A DNA stretch of 64,000 bases from Elusimicrobiota bacterium (GCA_043819795.1 JBDREN010000071.1:1-64000), one strand, 5' to 3'. Shown: positions 9,636-20,482, counted from the first letter of the stretch. The notes: a model not told the origin generated them from the sequence alone. Translations and numbers: made by a program.

Positions 9636-10034
9636 TCAGCGGACGTACCGGATCTCGGTGATCTCGTAGCGCGTGTCGAGGTTGACCCGGCGCGCGGCGA
9701 GCCGGAGCGCACGCAGGACCTTGCCGGTCTTGACGATGCCGTTCTCGGCGATCGTGATCCAGAGCACGCCCTCCTCGAAGTCGAACTCGGCGTCCGAGAC
9801 TCCCTCGACGCGCTCGAGCGCCTCGACGATCGCGCGCGTGCAGGCGTTGCACAGGACCCCGGTCACCGTGCACTTGTATCTTCCCTCGCGCAGGGCCTTC
9901 AGTCGGCCGATCGAATAGCGCGGGAGCCGCGAGGCGTCCGATTCGGCGAGGAGCGTCGAACGCTGTCCCGGAGGGGCGCATCCGCTCGGATAGGCGAGCG
10001 CGACCAGCAGGGCTGCTATGGTAAGCGCGTTCAT
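9636..10034 (-). CDS. Exported heavy-metal-associated (HMA) domain protein, possible lipoprotein
   Basis: Signal ending in SGC; 'VTGVLCNACTRAIVEALERVEGV' CxxC motif. Confidence 0.75.
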   Translation of the reverse strand: MNALTIAALLVALAYPSGCAPPGQRSTLLAESDASRLPRYSIGRLKALREGRYKCTVTGVLCNACTRAIVEALERVEGVSDAEFDFEEGVLWITIAENGIVKTGKVLRALRLAARRVNLDTRYEITEIRYVR

Positions 10035-10123
10035 TAGGGATAGGGGTACCGTACCAAAATCGACCGGGGCTTGACCAGGGCTGGGCTGGGCTGGGCGCGG
10101 CCGATTTTTTCAGTATCTTTCCA

Positions 10124-10152
10124 TTGACAGGGCGGAATACTTCGGGTAAACT
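10124..10152 (+). promoter_or_regulatory. sigma70 promoter of the kinase operon
   Basis: TTGACA-17 bp-TAAACT, 15 nt before ATG 10168. Confidence 0.75.
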
Positions 10153-10167
10153 TAAGCCGCTGAAAAC

Positions 10168-13100
10168 ATGAAGAAACGCGCCTGGATAGCCGACGCTCTG
10201 CTCGGCCTTTTTTTGACTGTTGTCGTGCTGGGGTCCTTCCTGCTCCAGGCGTCCTGGATCGAGAGCCTGGAGCTGAAGTTGTACGACATGCGGGCCCAGC
10301 TTAGGACGAACCTGGATCCATCCTCCGACATCGTGCTCGTCGCGATAGACGACGATTCGATCGCCCGCCTGGGACGCTGGCCCTGGTCGAGGACGCGGAT
10401 CGCCCAGCTGCTCTCGGTGCTGAAGAAGGCGGAGCCGCGCGTCATCGGGCTGGACATCGTCTTGTCGGAGCCCCAGCGGAACCCGGCGCTGGAGGAGCTC
10501 GACGAGCTCAGGCGCAAATACGTCGATCACGTGGCCTCCCGGAAGATCATCCAGCGCGGCGTGGCGTTCGAGGACGAGTTCTCCTCGGCCACGGTGCGGC
10601 TCGACACCGATTCCCAGCTGCTGGCGGCCTTGACCACGGCGCAGAACGTCGTCCTGCCGATGTTCTTCACCGAGATCGGCGGCACGATGGGAGGCAAGCC
10701 CCCGGATCTGCACCCGGCGCTTTCGACCTCCGCGGTCTCCGTGCGCGTCGTGCACTCGCTCGATGGCCCGCCCCCCGTGGTGCAGGCCCAGAAGGCGACC
10801 ACTCCGATCGCCCCCTTCATCGAGGCCAGCGCAGGAGTCGGATACGTCAACATCATCCCGGACATCGACGGGGTCGTGCGCCGCGAGACGCTCGCCATCA
10901 AGTACGGGGAGACCTTCTTCCCCTCCTACGCCCTGCAAGTCGTCGCCCGGTACCTCCGCCTGGCCGCCGACGAGATCATCGTGACTCCCGGCTCCGAGAT
11001 CGAGATCGGCAACACGAAGATCCCGCTGGACCAGAGCCAGTCCATGCTCGTGACCTTCAACGGCCCGGAGAAGACGTTCCGGTACTATTCCTTTTACGAG
11101 GTCCTGGAAGGCAAGGTGGCGATGGACGTGTTCAAGGACAAGATCGTCATCGTCGGGCCCTCGGCGGCTGGGATCGGGACCCTCTACGTCACGCCGGTCG
11201 CGCGGGCCCTGCCCGCGGTCGAGTTCATCGCGAACGTGATGGAGAACATCCTCAGCCGCCGCTTCCTCGTGCGTCCCGAGTGGGCCATGCAGGCCGAGCT
11301 CGGGGCGATCGCGGTCCTGGGCCTGTTCATCATGTTCCTGCTGCCGCGGCTCAGGGCGCTCGGCGGCGCGAGCCTCACCTTCGTGCTGCTCGCGGGGATG
11401 ATCGGCGCGGGATTCTACGTCTTCCAGAGCCGCGGCGAGTGGGTAAAGGTCGTCTACCCGTCGTTCCTGCTCCTGGCCGGCTACCTCGTCAGCGTCACCA
11501 AGCGCTTCTTCGTCACCGAGAAGGGCAAGGAGTTCGTCGAGGCCTCCCAGATCGAGACGAACAAGATGCTCGGGCTCTCGTTCCAGGGCCAGGGCATGCT
11601 CGACGGCGCTTTCGAGAAGTTCCGCCTCTGCCCGCTCGACGACACCATGATGGACACGCTCTACAACCTCGCCCTCGATTTCGAGCGCAAGCGGCAGTAC
11701 GCCAAGGCCGTGCAGGTCTACAAGCATATCGCCACGAAGGACGAGAAGTACAAGGACATCCAGGACAAGATGAAGACCCTCCAGGCCGCGGCCCAGGGCG
11801 CCGTGTTCGGCGGCGTGGGCGGCAGGAAACAGGATGGGACGGTCATCGTCACCGGCGGGGCGACCACGCCGACCTTGGGACGCTACGAGATCGAGAAGGA
11901 GCTCGGACGCGGGGCCATGGGCATCGTCTACCTCGGCAAGGACCCCAAGATCAACCGCCGGGTCGCGATCAAGACCTTGATGCTCGAGGAAGGGGAGAGC
12001 GCCGCCGAGGTGAAGCAGGTCAAGGAGCGGTTCTTCCGCGAGGCCGAGTCGGCCGGTACGCTGAACCACCCGGGCATCGTCCGCGTATTCGACGCCGGGG
12101 AAGAGCAGGACATCTGCTACATCGCGATGGAGCTCCTGGACGGCGACGACCTCGTGCGCTTCACGACCAAGGAGAACATGCTCGCCCCCGACGTCGCGAT
12201 GGAGTATATCGCGGTCGTGGCCGACGCCCTCGACTACGCGCACCAGCAGGGGATCGTCCACCGCGACATCAAGCCGGCCAACATCATGCTGATCAAGGAC
12301 GGCTCCATCCGCGTCACCGATTTCGGGATCGCCCGCATCACGGCCTCGTCGAAGACCGCCACGGGGACGGTGATGGGCACGCCGTCCTACATGAGCCCCG
12401 AGCAGGTCGCCGGCAAGAGGGTCGACGGCAGGTCGGACCTGTTCAGTCTCGGGGTGACGCTCTTCGAGTTCCTCACCGGCGAGAAGCCCTTCAAGGGGGG
12501 CGAGGGGATCGGCACGCTTCTGTTCCAGATCGCCAACGACCCGGAGCCCGACCCGCTCTCGGTCAATCCCAAGATGCCGCCGTGCGCGAAGAAGATCATC
12601 CATAAGGCGCTCGTGAAGAAGCCCGAGGAGCGTTACCAGCGCGGCTCGGAACTGGCCAAGGACTTGCGCGCCTGCATCGCGGGGCTGAAGGACGGCGGGG
12701 CGGAGGCCGGCGGCGCTCCGACCCCGGAGCAGATCGCGAGCACGCTCGCCATGCCCGCCGGCACGGGGCCCGTGACCGAGCTCCCGGCCGCGGAAAAGGT
12801 TTCGGAGCCTGCTCCGGCTCCAGAGGCCGAGCCGGTCGTTGCCGCGCTCGCCGCCGAGGCGGAGTCGCCGGCTCCGCAAGCGGCGGCAGACGGTCTGAAG
12901 ATCGACATCGAGATCCAGCCCGGGCCGGGCGCGAAGGCTCCGGCGCAGCCTTCCCTTGAGCCGGCTGCCGCGGCCGAGCCGCCGGCGCCGAAGGCGGAAG
13001 AGGGCGGCTTGAAGATCGACATCGAGATCCAGCCCGGGCCGGGCGCGATGCCTCCGGCCGAGCCCGCGGTGCCCAAGGCTGAGGAGGGCGGGCTGAAGAT

Positions 13101-13632
13101 CGAGATGCCGGGTCAGGCCGGCGTGGGCGGAGATGCTCCGGCCGAGCCGGCGGTGCCCACGGCTGAGGAGGGCGGGCTGAAGATCGAGTGGCCGGGTCAG
13201 GCCGGCGTGGGCGGATTTGCTCCGGCCGAGCCCGCGGGGCCCAAGGCGGAGGAGCCCGCGCTCGGGCAGGGCGGATTCTCGCCTGACGAGGTCGCCGAGA
13301 CTCTGGTTCTTTCGCCGCAAGAAGCGGCCCAGTTCAGGACTCCTCCCGATGCCGCCGAGCCCGCTCCGCAGGCGGAGCCGGCGCAGCCTCCCGCGGGCGC
13401 GGCGCCGGATGAGACCATGCGCCTGGTCGAGTCGATCATGCCGCAGATCGCGCCCGACTCGTTGCGGCCGGAGGACATCACCACCTCCAGGAATTTGGCG
13501 GGCGAGCTTGAGAAGGAGCAGCGGAAGCGGTCCGAGCCGCCCGCGCAGGAGCCGCCGCCGGTGACAGGCCCCGAGGAGTCGCCGGACCCCGGCGAGACGA
13601 TCCGGCTTGTTGATCCGAACAAACCATCATGA
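10168..13632 (+). CDS. CHASE2-3TM-TPR-Hanks Ser/Thr kinase with Pro/Ala/Glu repeat tail
   Basis: CHASE2 'IVLVAIDDDS...GRWPWSR...DGVVRR'; kinase motifs LGRGAMG, VAIK, HRDIKPAN, DFG and GTPSYMSPEQ. Confidence 0.93.
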   Translation: MKKRAWIADALLGLFLTVVVLGSFLLQASWIESLELKLYDMRAQLRTNLDPSSDIVLVAIDDDSIARLGRWPWSRTRIAQLLSVLKKAEPRVIGLDIVLSEPQRNPALEELDELRRKYVDHVASRKIIQRGVAFEDEFSSATVRLDTDSQLLAALTTAQNVVLPMFFTEIGGTMGGKPPDLHPALSTSAVSVRVVHSLDGPPPVVQAQKATTPIAPFIEASAGVGYVNIIPDIDGVVRRETLAIKYGETFFPSYALQVVARYLRLAADEIIVTPGSEIEIGNTKIPLDQSQSMLVTFNGPEKTFRYYSFYEVLEGKVAMDVFKDKIVIVGPSAAGIGTLYVTPVARALPAVEFIANVMENILSRRFLVRPEWAMQAELGAIAVLGLFIMFLLPRLRALGGASLTFVLLAGMIGAGFYVFQSRGEWVKVVYPSFLLLAGYLVSVTKRFFVTEKGKEFVEASQIETNKMLGLSFQGQGMLDGAFEKFRLCPLDDTMMDTLYNLALDFERKRQYAKAVQVYKHIATKDEKYKDIQDKMKTLQAAAQGAVFGGVGGRKQDGTVIVTGGATTPTLGRYEIEKELGRGAMGIVYLGKDPKINRRVAIKTLMLEEGESAAEVKQVKERFFREAESAGTLNHPGIVRVFDAGEEQDICYIAMELLDGDDLVRFTTKENMLAPDVAMEYIAVVADALDYAHQQGIVHRDIKPANIMLIKDGSIRVTDFGIARITASSKTATGTVMGTPSYMSPEQVAGKRVDGRSDLFSLGVTLFEFLTGEKPFKGGEGIGTLLFQIANDPEPDPLSVNPKMPPCAKKIIHKALVKKPEERYQRGSELAKDLRACIAGLKDGGAEAGGAPTPEQIASTLAMPAGTGPVTELPAAEKVSEPAPAPEAEPVVAALAAEAESPAPQAAADGLKIDIEIQPGPGAKAPAQPSLEPAAAAEPPAPKAEEGGLKIDIEIQPGPGAMPPAEPAVPKAEEGGLKIEMPGQAGVGGDAPAEPAVPTAEEGGLKIEWPGQAGVGGFAPAEPAGPKAEEPALGQGGFSPDEVAETLVLSPQEAAQFRTPPDAAEPAPQAEPAQPPAGAAPDETMRLVESIMPQIAPDSLRPEDITTSRNLAGELEKEQRKRSEPPAQEPPPVTGPEESPDPGETIRLVDPNKPS
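12892..13260 (+). repeat. Intragenic tandem repeats in the kinase tail (4 units)
   Basis: GLKI-initiated units at 12892, 13006, 13090 and 13174 (spacings 114, 84, 84 bp). Confidence 0.85.
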
Positions 13633-14447
13633 AAAACCCCAATATCGAGTTCGTCGGCAAGACCGACCCGGGCCGGGTCCGCGAGCGCAACGAGGACAGC
13701 ATCGGGCTCGACGAGGATTTGGGGCTGTTGGTCGTCGCCGACGGGATGGGGGGGCATAACTCGGGCGAGGTGGCGAGCAGCCTCGCCATCGAGACCATTT
13801 TGCAGTTCGCGCGCAAGATGCTGGGCGGGGCGAAGCCGGTCGTGCCTTCCGACGGCGATCCGAAGCAGTCGGTCCGGTCCAGGCAGCTCGCCTATTTCAT
13901 CCGGAACGCCAATACCGTGATCTTCGAGAAGGCGCGGGCCTTCCCGAAGGACCACGGGATGGGCACGACCGTTGTGGCCGTTCTGGCCGACGACAAGTCC
14001 ATCACCGTGGCGCACGTGGGCGACAGCCGCCTCTACGTCTACCGGAACGGGGCTATCGAGAGGCTGACCGAGGATCATTCGCTGGTCATGGACCAGGTCA
14101 AGCATGGCCTCATCACCGAGGAGCAGGCCGAGAAGTCGCACCTGCAGAACATCCTCACGCGGGCCCTCGGCACAGAGGAGAACGTCCAGGTGGACGTCCA
14201 GGACCATCCGGCCTTCCCGGGAGACGTGTTCCTTCTGTGCTCCGACGGGCTGACAAAGGAGCTTTCCGAGCCGGAGATCGCCGAGGTCCTGGGCGGCCCG
14301 TTGCCTTTGAGCGAGTCCGTCGACAAGCTCATCGAGATGGCGCTCACGGCGGGCGGGCGCGACAACGTGACGGTCGGGATGGTGCGGGTCAAGGGCGGGC
14401 CGAACAAGGGCGTCGGGGGATTCCTGTTCAGGCTTTTGGGAAAGTGA
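13629..14447 (+). CDS. PP2C-family Ser/Thr phosphatase (Stp1-like)
   Basis: RERNED, VADGMGG, GMGTT, HVGDSR, LCSDGL and GRDNVT motifs; ATGA overlap with the kinase. Confidence 0.95.
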   Translation: MKNPNIEFVGKTDPGRVRERNEDSIGLDEDLGLLVVADGMGGHNSGEVASSLAIETILQFARKMLGGAKPVVPSDGDPKQSVRSRQLAYFIRNANTVIFEKARAFPKDHGMGTTVVAVLADDKSITVAHVGDSRLYVYRNGAIERLTEDHSLVMDQVKHGLITEEQAEKSHLQNILTRALGTEENVQVDVQDHPAFPGDVFLLCSDGLTKELSEPEIAEVLGGPLPLSESVDKLIEMALTAGGRDNVTVGMVRVKGGPNKGVGGFLFRLLGK

Positions 14448-14471
14448 CGGGCGCCGAGAGGGGGCCGTAGA

Positions 14472-15185
14472 ATGCCGAAGCTTCTGCTTAAGTTCAAGGC
14501 GGCGGTCATCAAGGAGATTCCGATAGAGAAGACGTCTCTGTCGGTGGGCCGTAAGCCGGACAACGACATCGTCATCGACAACCCCGCCATCTCCGGGCAC
14601 CACTGCAAGGTCGTGCTCAAGGGGGATACCTATTACGTGGAGGACCTCGAGTCCACGAACGGGACCTACGTCAACGAGAAGCGCATCATGAAGTCCGGGC
14701 TGCACCACAACGACGTCCTGGGCGTCGGCCGGCACGCCCTCGTGTTCATCGAGGACACCCCGCCGGAGGCGCAGGACGCCAAGGGCGGCGACGAGACCAT
14801 GGTCCTCACCCCCGAGAAGCAGCGGGAGATCGCGAAGTCGGCGATGGCGAGCGCTCCGGAGAAGGAAGAGAAGATCGGGTGCCTGCGGGTGCTGAAGGGA
14901 GTCGTCTCCGAGCCGGAGTTCGAGCTCAAGGGGCTCTCGACCTACATCGGCAAGTCCGACCGGGTCCAGATCCCGATCAAGGGGACCGGGATCTTCGGGG
15001 GGGCCCCCGAGGTCGCCGCTTCGATCCACCGCAAGCCCGAGGGCTACATGCTGATGGCCGTGAGGGACGGCTACCCCGTCGTCAACGGCACCAGCATCTC
15101 CGGCCAGGTTCAGCTCAACGACGGCGACATCATCGAGTGCGGGGGCACCACGCTCCAGTTCTTCATCAAGGAGCCCGGCGCTTAG
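14472..15185 (+). CDS. Tandem FHA-domain protein
   Basis: 'VGR...ISGHH...DLESTNGT' plus a degenerate second FHA ending 'VNG...LNDGDII'. Confidence 0.88.
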   Translation: MPKLLLKFKAAVIKEIPIEKTSLSVGRKPDNDIVIDNPAISGHHCKVVLKGDTYYVEDLESTNGTYVNEKRIMKSGLHHNDVLGVGRHALVFIEDTPPEAQDAKGGDETMVLTPEKQREIAKSAMASAPEKEEKIGCLRVLKGVVSEPEFELKGLSTYIGKSDRVQIPIKGTGIFGGAPEVAASIHRKPEGYMLMAVRDGYPVVNGTSISGQVQLNDGDIIECGGTTLQFFIKEPGA

Positions 15186-15392
15186 GCGCCGCGTCGCGCA
15201 CCGGACCCGGCCCCGTAACGACCCCGGGATCGGCCGGCGCCGTGCGCGTTTTGGAAATGCGCGCGCCTGCCGACAGCCCGTTCCTCAAGCCGGCCCGCTC
15301 GCGGGTCGGCTTTCGGCTAATATGGTATGATGTCGGCGTGCGCGGGCGTCTGTCCCCGCGCGCGCAAGCCGCTTCCCGGAGTGCAATAGCCG

Positions 15393-16562
15393 ATGAAACT
15401 GCTCGAGTACGAATCCAAGAATATCTTCCGCGCGTACGGCATCCCCGTCCCTCCGACCGGGGGCGTGATCAGTAACGTGCGCCAGCTTCCCGCCGCCCTC
15501 AAGCGGGCCGGCCGGGGGCCGTGGGTCCTCAAGGCGCAGGTGCTGGCCGGAGGCCGCGGTAAGGGCGGCGGGGTCAAGATCGCGAAGACCGCGAAGGAGG
15601 CCCGCGAGGTCGCCAAGAAGATGGTCGGCATGAATCTGGTCACCCACCAGACCGGGGCCAAGGGCCTCAAGGTGAGGGAAGTCCTCGTGGACAAGGCGTC
15701 CGACATCGAGAGGGAGATCTACCTGTCGATCGCCATGGACCGCCGCGAGCATCGGCCCGTCGTGATCGCCTCGGCCGAAGGGGGCGTCGAGATCGAGACG
15801 CTGGCGCGGACCCGGCCCTCGGCGATCGTCAAGGAGCCGGTGGACCCCGTCGAAGGCCTCCAGGGCTACCAGGCGCGGCGGCTTGCGTTCGCGCTGGACA
15901 TCCCGGCCGAGCTGCTGGGGGATTTCGTGAAGATGGCCACCAAGCTCGTGCGGGTCTTCCTGGATATCGACGCATCGCTCGTCGAGGTCAACCCGCTCAT
16001 CATCACTCCCGGGCGGGAGATCATCGCGTTGGACGCCAAGATCGTCACCGACGACAACGCGCTCTTCCGGCACAAGGATCTGGCGGCGCGCAAGGACCCC
16101 GAGGTCTCCGCGCTGGAGCGCGAGGCCAAGAAGATCGGGATCTCCTATATCGGACTCGACGGGAACATCGGGTGCATGGTCAACGGCGCCGGCCTGGCGA
16201 TGGGGACGATGGACATGGTGGAACTGGCCGGGGGGCACCCCGCCAACTTCCTAGACGTGGGCGGGGGGGCGAACGCCGAGCAGGTGACCAGCGCGTTCCA
16301 AATCCTCCTCAAGGACAAGAAGGTCCAGGCGGTGCTCGTCAACATCTTCGGCGGCATCATGCGCTGCGACACGATCGCGGAGGGCGTGCTCGCCGCCGTT
16401 AAGAAGGTGAAGCTCGATATCCCCCTGGTTGTCCGGCTCGAGGGGACCAAGGTCGAAGAGGGCAGGAAGCTTCTCAGGAAGTCGGGGCTGAAGATGACGC
16501 TGGCAGATAGCCCGTGGGAGGCGGCCCAAAAGGCGGTGGCCGCCGTCGGAGGTGTCCAATGA
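15393..16562 (+). CDS. sucC: Succinyl-CoA synthetase beta subunit
   Basis: [35 protein letters not shown] and [10 protein letters not shown] motifs. Confidence 0.96.
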   Translation: MKLLEYESKNIFRAYGIPVPPTGGVISNVRQLPAALKRAGRGPWVLKAQVLAGGRGKGGGVKIAKTAKEAREVAKKMVGMNLVTHQTGAKGLKVREVLVDKASDIEREIYLSIAMDRREHRPVVIASAEGGVEIETLARTRPSAIVKEPVDPVEGLQGYQARRLAFALDIPAELLGDFVKMATKLVRVFLDIDASLVEVNPLIITPGREIIALDAKIVTDDNALFRHKDLAARKDPEVSALEREAKKIGISYIGLDGNIGCMVNGAGLAMGTMDMVELAGGHPANFLDVGGGANAEQVTSAFQILLKDKKVQAVLVNIFGGIMRCDTIAEGVLAAVKKVKLDIPLVVRLEGTKVEEGRKLLRKSGLKMTLADSPWEAAQKAVAAVGGVQ

Positions 16563-17464
16563 GCATACTACTCGACAAAGCGTCCCGTATCGTGGTCCAA
16601 GGACTCACCGGGTCCACGGGGACGTTCCATACCAAGCTGTGCATGCAGTACGGCGGCAATATGGTCGCCGGCGTGACCCCCGGCAAGGGCGGGGCCGTCC
16701 ACCTCGGCCTGCCCGTTTACGACACCGTCCGCGAGGCGGTCCGCGCCAAGGGCGCCGACGTCTCGCTGGTCTTCGTGCCGCCGCCGTTCGCGGCGGACGC
16801 GGTCCTCGAGTCCGCCGACGCGGGCATCCGCCTCGTCATCTGCATCACCGAGGGGATCCCGGTCCTGGACATGGCTCGCGTCATGCGGGACCTGCGCCGC
16901 CGGCGGGCCGACGGCCAGGACATCCGGCTCGTCGGACCGAACTGTCCCGGCGTCATCACCCCGGGCCAGTGCAAGGCCGGCATCATGCCCGGCTACATCC
17001 ACAAGCCGGGCCCCGTCGGAGTCGTCTCCCGCTCGGGCACCCTCACCTACGAGGCCGTGTGGCAGTTGACGAACCACGGCCTCGGCCAGTCCACGGTCGT
17101 CGGGATCGGCGGGGATCCGGTCGCGGGCTCGAGCTTCACCGACATCCTCGGGCTTTTCGAGGCCGACGAGGAGACCAAGGCGGTGGTCCTCATCGGCGAG
17201 ATCGGCGGGTCGGCCGAGGAGGAGGCCGCCGAGTTCTACAAGAGCCGGATGAGCAAGCCGGTATTCGCCTTCGTCGCCGGCAAGACCGCTCCGCCTGGCC
17301 GCCGCATGGGCCACGCCGGCGCCATCATCGAGGGCGGCTCCGGCACCCATCCCGCCAAGGTAGAGGCTCTGAGCCGCGTGGGCATCCGGGTGGTCGAGAA
17401 CCTCGGCGAGATCGGCCAGACGGTGGCGCGGTCCATGCAGGGAGCCGTCGGCCAGCCCGCCTGA
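16559..17464 (+). CDS. sucD: Succinyl-CoA synthetase alpha subunit
   Basis: [23 protein letters not shown] and RMGHAGAI motifs; ATGA overlap with sucC. Confidence 0.96.
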   Translation: MSILLDKASRIVVQGLTGSTGTFHTKLCMQYGGNMVAGVTPGKGGAVHLGLPVYDTVREAVRAKGADVSLVFVPPPFAADAVLESADAGIRLVICITEGIPVLDMARVMRDLRRRRADGQDIRLVGPNCPGVITPGQCKAGIMPGYIHKPGPVGVVSRSGTLTYEAVWQLTNHGLGQSTVVGIGGDPVAGSSFTDILGLFEADEETKAVVLIGEIGGSAEEEAAEFYKSRMSKPVFAFVAGKTAPPGRRMGHAGAIIEGGSGTHPAKVEALSRVGIRVVENLGEIGQTVARSMQGAVGQPA

Positions 17465-17477
17465 CCCTGGCCGTTGG

Positions 17478-18209
17478 ATGGGCCAGCTGGGGATCGCGTT
17501 CGCGGCGGGGGGGCTCAGCTTCCTCTCCCCCTGCGTGCTCCCGCTGATCCCCATCTATCTCGCCTACCTGAGCGGCACGACGTTCGACGAGCTCGCCGCG
17601 GGCGCCCCGCGGCGCACGACGCTCCTGCACGCGGCCCTGTTCATCGCCGGGTTTTCCCTCGTCTTCATCGCGATGGGCGCCTCCGCCTCGGCGATGGGCG
17701 GTTTGCTGTTCGCTTACCGCGCGTGGATCGAGCGGATCGGGGGAGCCGTCCTCGTCCTTCTCGGCCTCTGGATGGCGGGTCTGCTGAAGGTCGGATTCCT
17801 CTACAAAGAGGCGCGTTATCACTTCCAGCGCAAGCCGGCCGGTCTCATCGGCTCGGTGCTCGTGGGCGCCGCCTTCGCCGCCGGCTGGACGCCCTGCGTG
17901 GGGCCCGTGCTCGCCGGGATCCTGCTTCTGGCGTCCAGGACCGGATCGGTGGCGCAAGGGGTGCTGCTCCTCGGCGTCTACTCGCTCGGGTTCGCCGTGC
18001 CGCTCTTGCTGTGCGCGCTGGCCGTGGAGCGCTCCGCCCTGCTGCTCAACCGGATCAAGCCGGCGCTTCCCGCAATAGAGCGCGCGACCGGGGCTCTCTT
18101 GGCCTGCCTCGGGGTCCTCTTGGCCGCGGGGTGGTACGGGCGGGTCTCCGGCTGGACGCTCGCGCACTTCCCCGGCTGGGTCGAGCTTTTCGGCAAGCTG
18201 GGGCTGTAG
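17478..18209 (+). CDS. ccdA: Cytochrome c biogenesis CcdA/DsbD transmembrane protein
   Basis: 'SFLSPCVLPLIP' and 'GWTPCVGPVL'. Confidence 0.9.
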   Translation: MGQLGIAFAAGGLSFLSPCVLPLIPIYLAYLSGTTFDELAAGAPRRTTLLHAALFIAGFSLVFIAMGASASAMGGLLFAYRAWIERIGGAVLVLLGLWMAGLLKVGFLYKEARYHFQRKPAGLIGSVLVGAAFAAGWTPCVGPVLAGILLLASRTGSVAQGVLLLGVYSLGFAVPLLLCALAVERSALLLNRIKPALPAIERATGALLACLGVLLAAGWYGRVSGWTLAHFPGWVELFGKLGL

Positions 18210-18216
18210 TCGAGTA

Positions 18217-18306
18217 CGCGTCCCTCCCCCGCGGGGAGGGACGCGGGAACAGGAGGGGGCGGAGGCATCGGCCCCCGACATGGGCGGCCCCCCGCGGGGG
18301 GGCCGC
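18217..18306. repeat. Pair of REP-like palindromes
   Basis: 13-bp stem CGCGTCCCTCCCC-CGC-GGGGAGGGACGCG (18217-18245) and CATG-tagged GCGGCCCCCC-GCG-GGGGGGCCGC (18284-18306). Confidence 0.8.
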
Positions 18307-18380
18307 GGGCTCGATTTCGCTTGCGCCGTCGCTTCCCGTCGTGCTAGCCTATTCAGACCGGATCCAAGGAGACACCGCCG

Positions 18381-20468
18381 ATGGCTTCCCCCGATAAGAA
18401 GAGAACCGCGCCGCGCTTTCCGGTCTATTTCACGATCGCCTTCTCCCTGTTTCTGATCGTATTGGCTTGGCCCGGCTTCTTTCAGGGGATGGACAACAGC
18501 TGGTCGGACACCATGTTCCAGCTCCGGGGAATGGAGCCCGGGGATCCCCACGTCATCATCGTCACCATCGACGACGAATCGATCAAGCAGGTCGGGGAGT
18601 ATCCCTGGCCGCGCCGCGTGTACAAGCGCCTGCTCTCCAAGTTGTACGGCCTGGGGGTCGAGGTCGTGGGGCTGGATATCATGTTCCTGGACCCCTCCCG
18701 CGAGAAAGAGGACGCGGCCCTCATCCAGGCCACCCGGAGCGCCGGGGACAAGCTCGTGCACGCGATGCGCGTGGAGGCGGCCAAGGACGCCTGGAGCATG
18801 GACTACGTGTATCCCTTCGCCCCCCTGAAGAGGGTCGCCAAGAGCCTCGGCGTGGTCAGCCAGCTCATGATCAGCTCGGACGGCTCCGTCCGGGAGGCGA
18901 ACCTGCTTTTCGGCAAGAAGCAGGGTTTCTGGGAGGAGTGGCTCAACGACCCCGACCGCCTGCCGGCGTTCGGGCTCGCCGTGCTGTCCAAGTTCACGGG
19001 CAAGTCCCCCGACGACTACGTCCGCCAGGTCGGCGGGAACATCATGCGACTCAACCTCCGGGGGGAGAAAAAGCAGGAAGGCTTCATCATGGTCGAGGGC
19101 GAGCAGAAGCTTCTGACGCTCGGGACCGACTACGGGCTCAGGCGCGTCAGCGCCTGGAAGATACTCGAGGGCGATCTCGATGAGGACCAGCGGAAGCACC
19201 TGAAGGGATCGATGGTCCTGGTGGGCTCGACGGCGATCGGAGCCTACGACCACTTCCCGACTCCCTTCCAGGACCAGACACCGGGCGTCGAGGTGCATGC
19301 CAACCTGATCGACAACCTGCTCCACGGCCGGCACCTGCGCGGCAGCTCGCCGCTGGTGACCATGCTGCTGATCGTCGTGCTGGCCTTCCTGGCCAAGCGC
19401 CTTACCGCCTTGAGCCCGCTTTACGGCGGCCTCATCTTCCTGGGGGTCGCGGCCGCGTGGTGCTGGGTCAACTACTATCTGTTCCTCAGGCTCTATCTGC
19501 TCGAGTTCACGGGCCCCCTCGTCTCCATGGCGGGGACCTTCGGCGTGCTCATGGTTCACAAGACGATGCTGGAGCAGAAGCAGAAGAAAGAAGTCCGCCA
19601 GATGTTCGGGCAGTACGTGGCGCCCGAGGTCGTGGACATCCTTGTCAGGGACCCGGACAAGATCCGCCTCGGCGGCGAGAAGCGGGACATGACCGTATTC
19701 TTCCTGGACATCGCGCACTTCACCACGATCTCGGAGAAGATGACGCCCGAGAGCCTCATCCAGTTCCTAAACCGCTACCTGACGGCCCTGACCGACAACA
19801 TCTACGAGCAGAAGGGCGTGGTGGACAAGTACATCGGCGACTGCATCATGGCCTTCTGGAACGCGCCGCTCGACCAGCCGGAGCACCGCAGGAACGCCTG
19901 CCTGGCCGCGGTCGGCTGCGTCCGGACGATCGAGCGCCTCAACGAAGAGTACGTGGACCCGACGATGCCCGAGACGCCGGCCGTGCGCATCGGCCTGAAC
20001 TCCGGCGAGGTCGTCGTCGGGAACACCGGCTCGGCGCGCAAGCTGGCCTACACGGTGCTGGGCGACGAGGTGAACCTGGCCAGCCGACTGGAGGGCGCCA
20101 ACAAGTTCTTCGGCTCGACGATCATGGCCAGCGAGGACACCTACAACGGGGCCAAGGGCGATGTCGAGGCCCGCGTGCTCGGCTCGGTGCGCGTGGTGGG
20201 GAAGGACATCCCGATCAAGGTCTTCGAGCTGCTGGGCTTGAAGGGCGAGCTCTCCGAAGAGTGGAAGAAGGCCCTGCCCTCCTACCACGACGGCGTCGAG
20301 AAGTACCTGAAGCGCGAGTTTGATGAGGCCAAGAAGGAGTTCGCGAAGGTCCAGGCGATCTTCCCGGACGACAAGCCGGCCAAGCTTTATATGAGCGTCT
20401 GCGACGACTATATCGCCGTCCCGCCGCCCAAGGAATGGGACGGCGTCTTCAACCTGACCTCGAAATAG
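18381..20468 (+). CDS. CHASE2-domain class III adenylate/guanylate cyclase with C-terminal TPR-like region
   Basis: CHASE2 'YPWPR'; 'FFLDIAHFT', 'DKYIGDCIMAFW' and 'YTVLGDEVNLASRLEG'. Confidence 0.93.
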   Translation: MASPDKKRTAPRFPVYFTIAFSLFLIVLAWPGFFQGMDNSWSDTMFQLRGMEPGDPHVIIVTIDDESIKQVGEYPWPRRVYKRLLSKLYGLGVEVVGLDIMFLDPSREKEDAALIQATRSAGDKLVHAMRVEAAKDAWSMDYVYPFAPLKRVAKSLGVVSQLMISSDGSVREANLLFGKKQGFWEEWLNDPDRLPAFGLAVLSKFTGKSPDDYVRQVGGNIMRLNLRGEKKQEGFIMVEGEQKLLTLGTDYGLRRVSAWKILEGDLDEDQRKHLKGSMVLVGSTAIGAYDHFPTPFQDQTPGVEVHANLIDNLLHGRHLRGSSPLVTMLLIVVLAFLAKRLTALSPLYGGLIFLGVAAAWCWVNYYLFLRLYLLEFTGPLVSMAGTFGVLMVHKTMLEQKQKKEVRQMFGQYVAPEVVDILVRDPDKIRLGGEKRDMTVFFLDIAHFTTISEKMTPESLIQFLNRYLTALTDNIYEQKGVVDKYIGDCIMAFWNAPLDQPEHRRNACLAAVGCVRTIERLNEEYVDPTMPETPAVRIGLNSGEVVVGNTGSARKLAYTVLGDEVNLASRLEGANKFFGSTIMASEDTYNGAKGDVEARVLGSVRVVGKDIPIKVFELLGLKGELSEEWKKALPSYHDGVEKYLKREFDEAKKEFAKVQAIFPDDKPAKLYMSVCDDYIAVPPPKEWDGVFNLTSK

Positions 20469-20482
20469 GGGAACGCGCGCGC

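Noticed and set aside
9610..13320. 1236-aa minus-strand ORF
   Set aside because: Antisense shadow of the kinase gene in high-GC DNA; no motifs.
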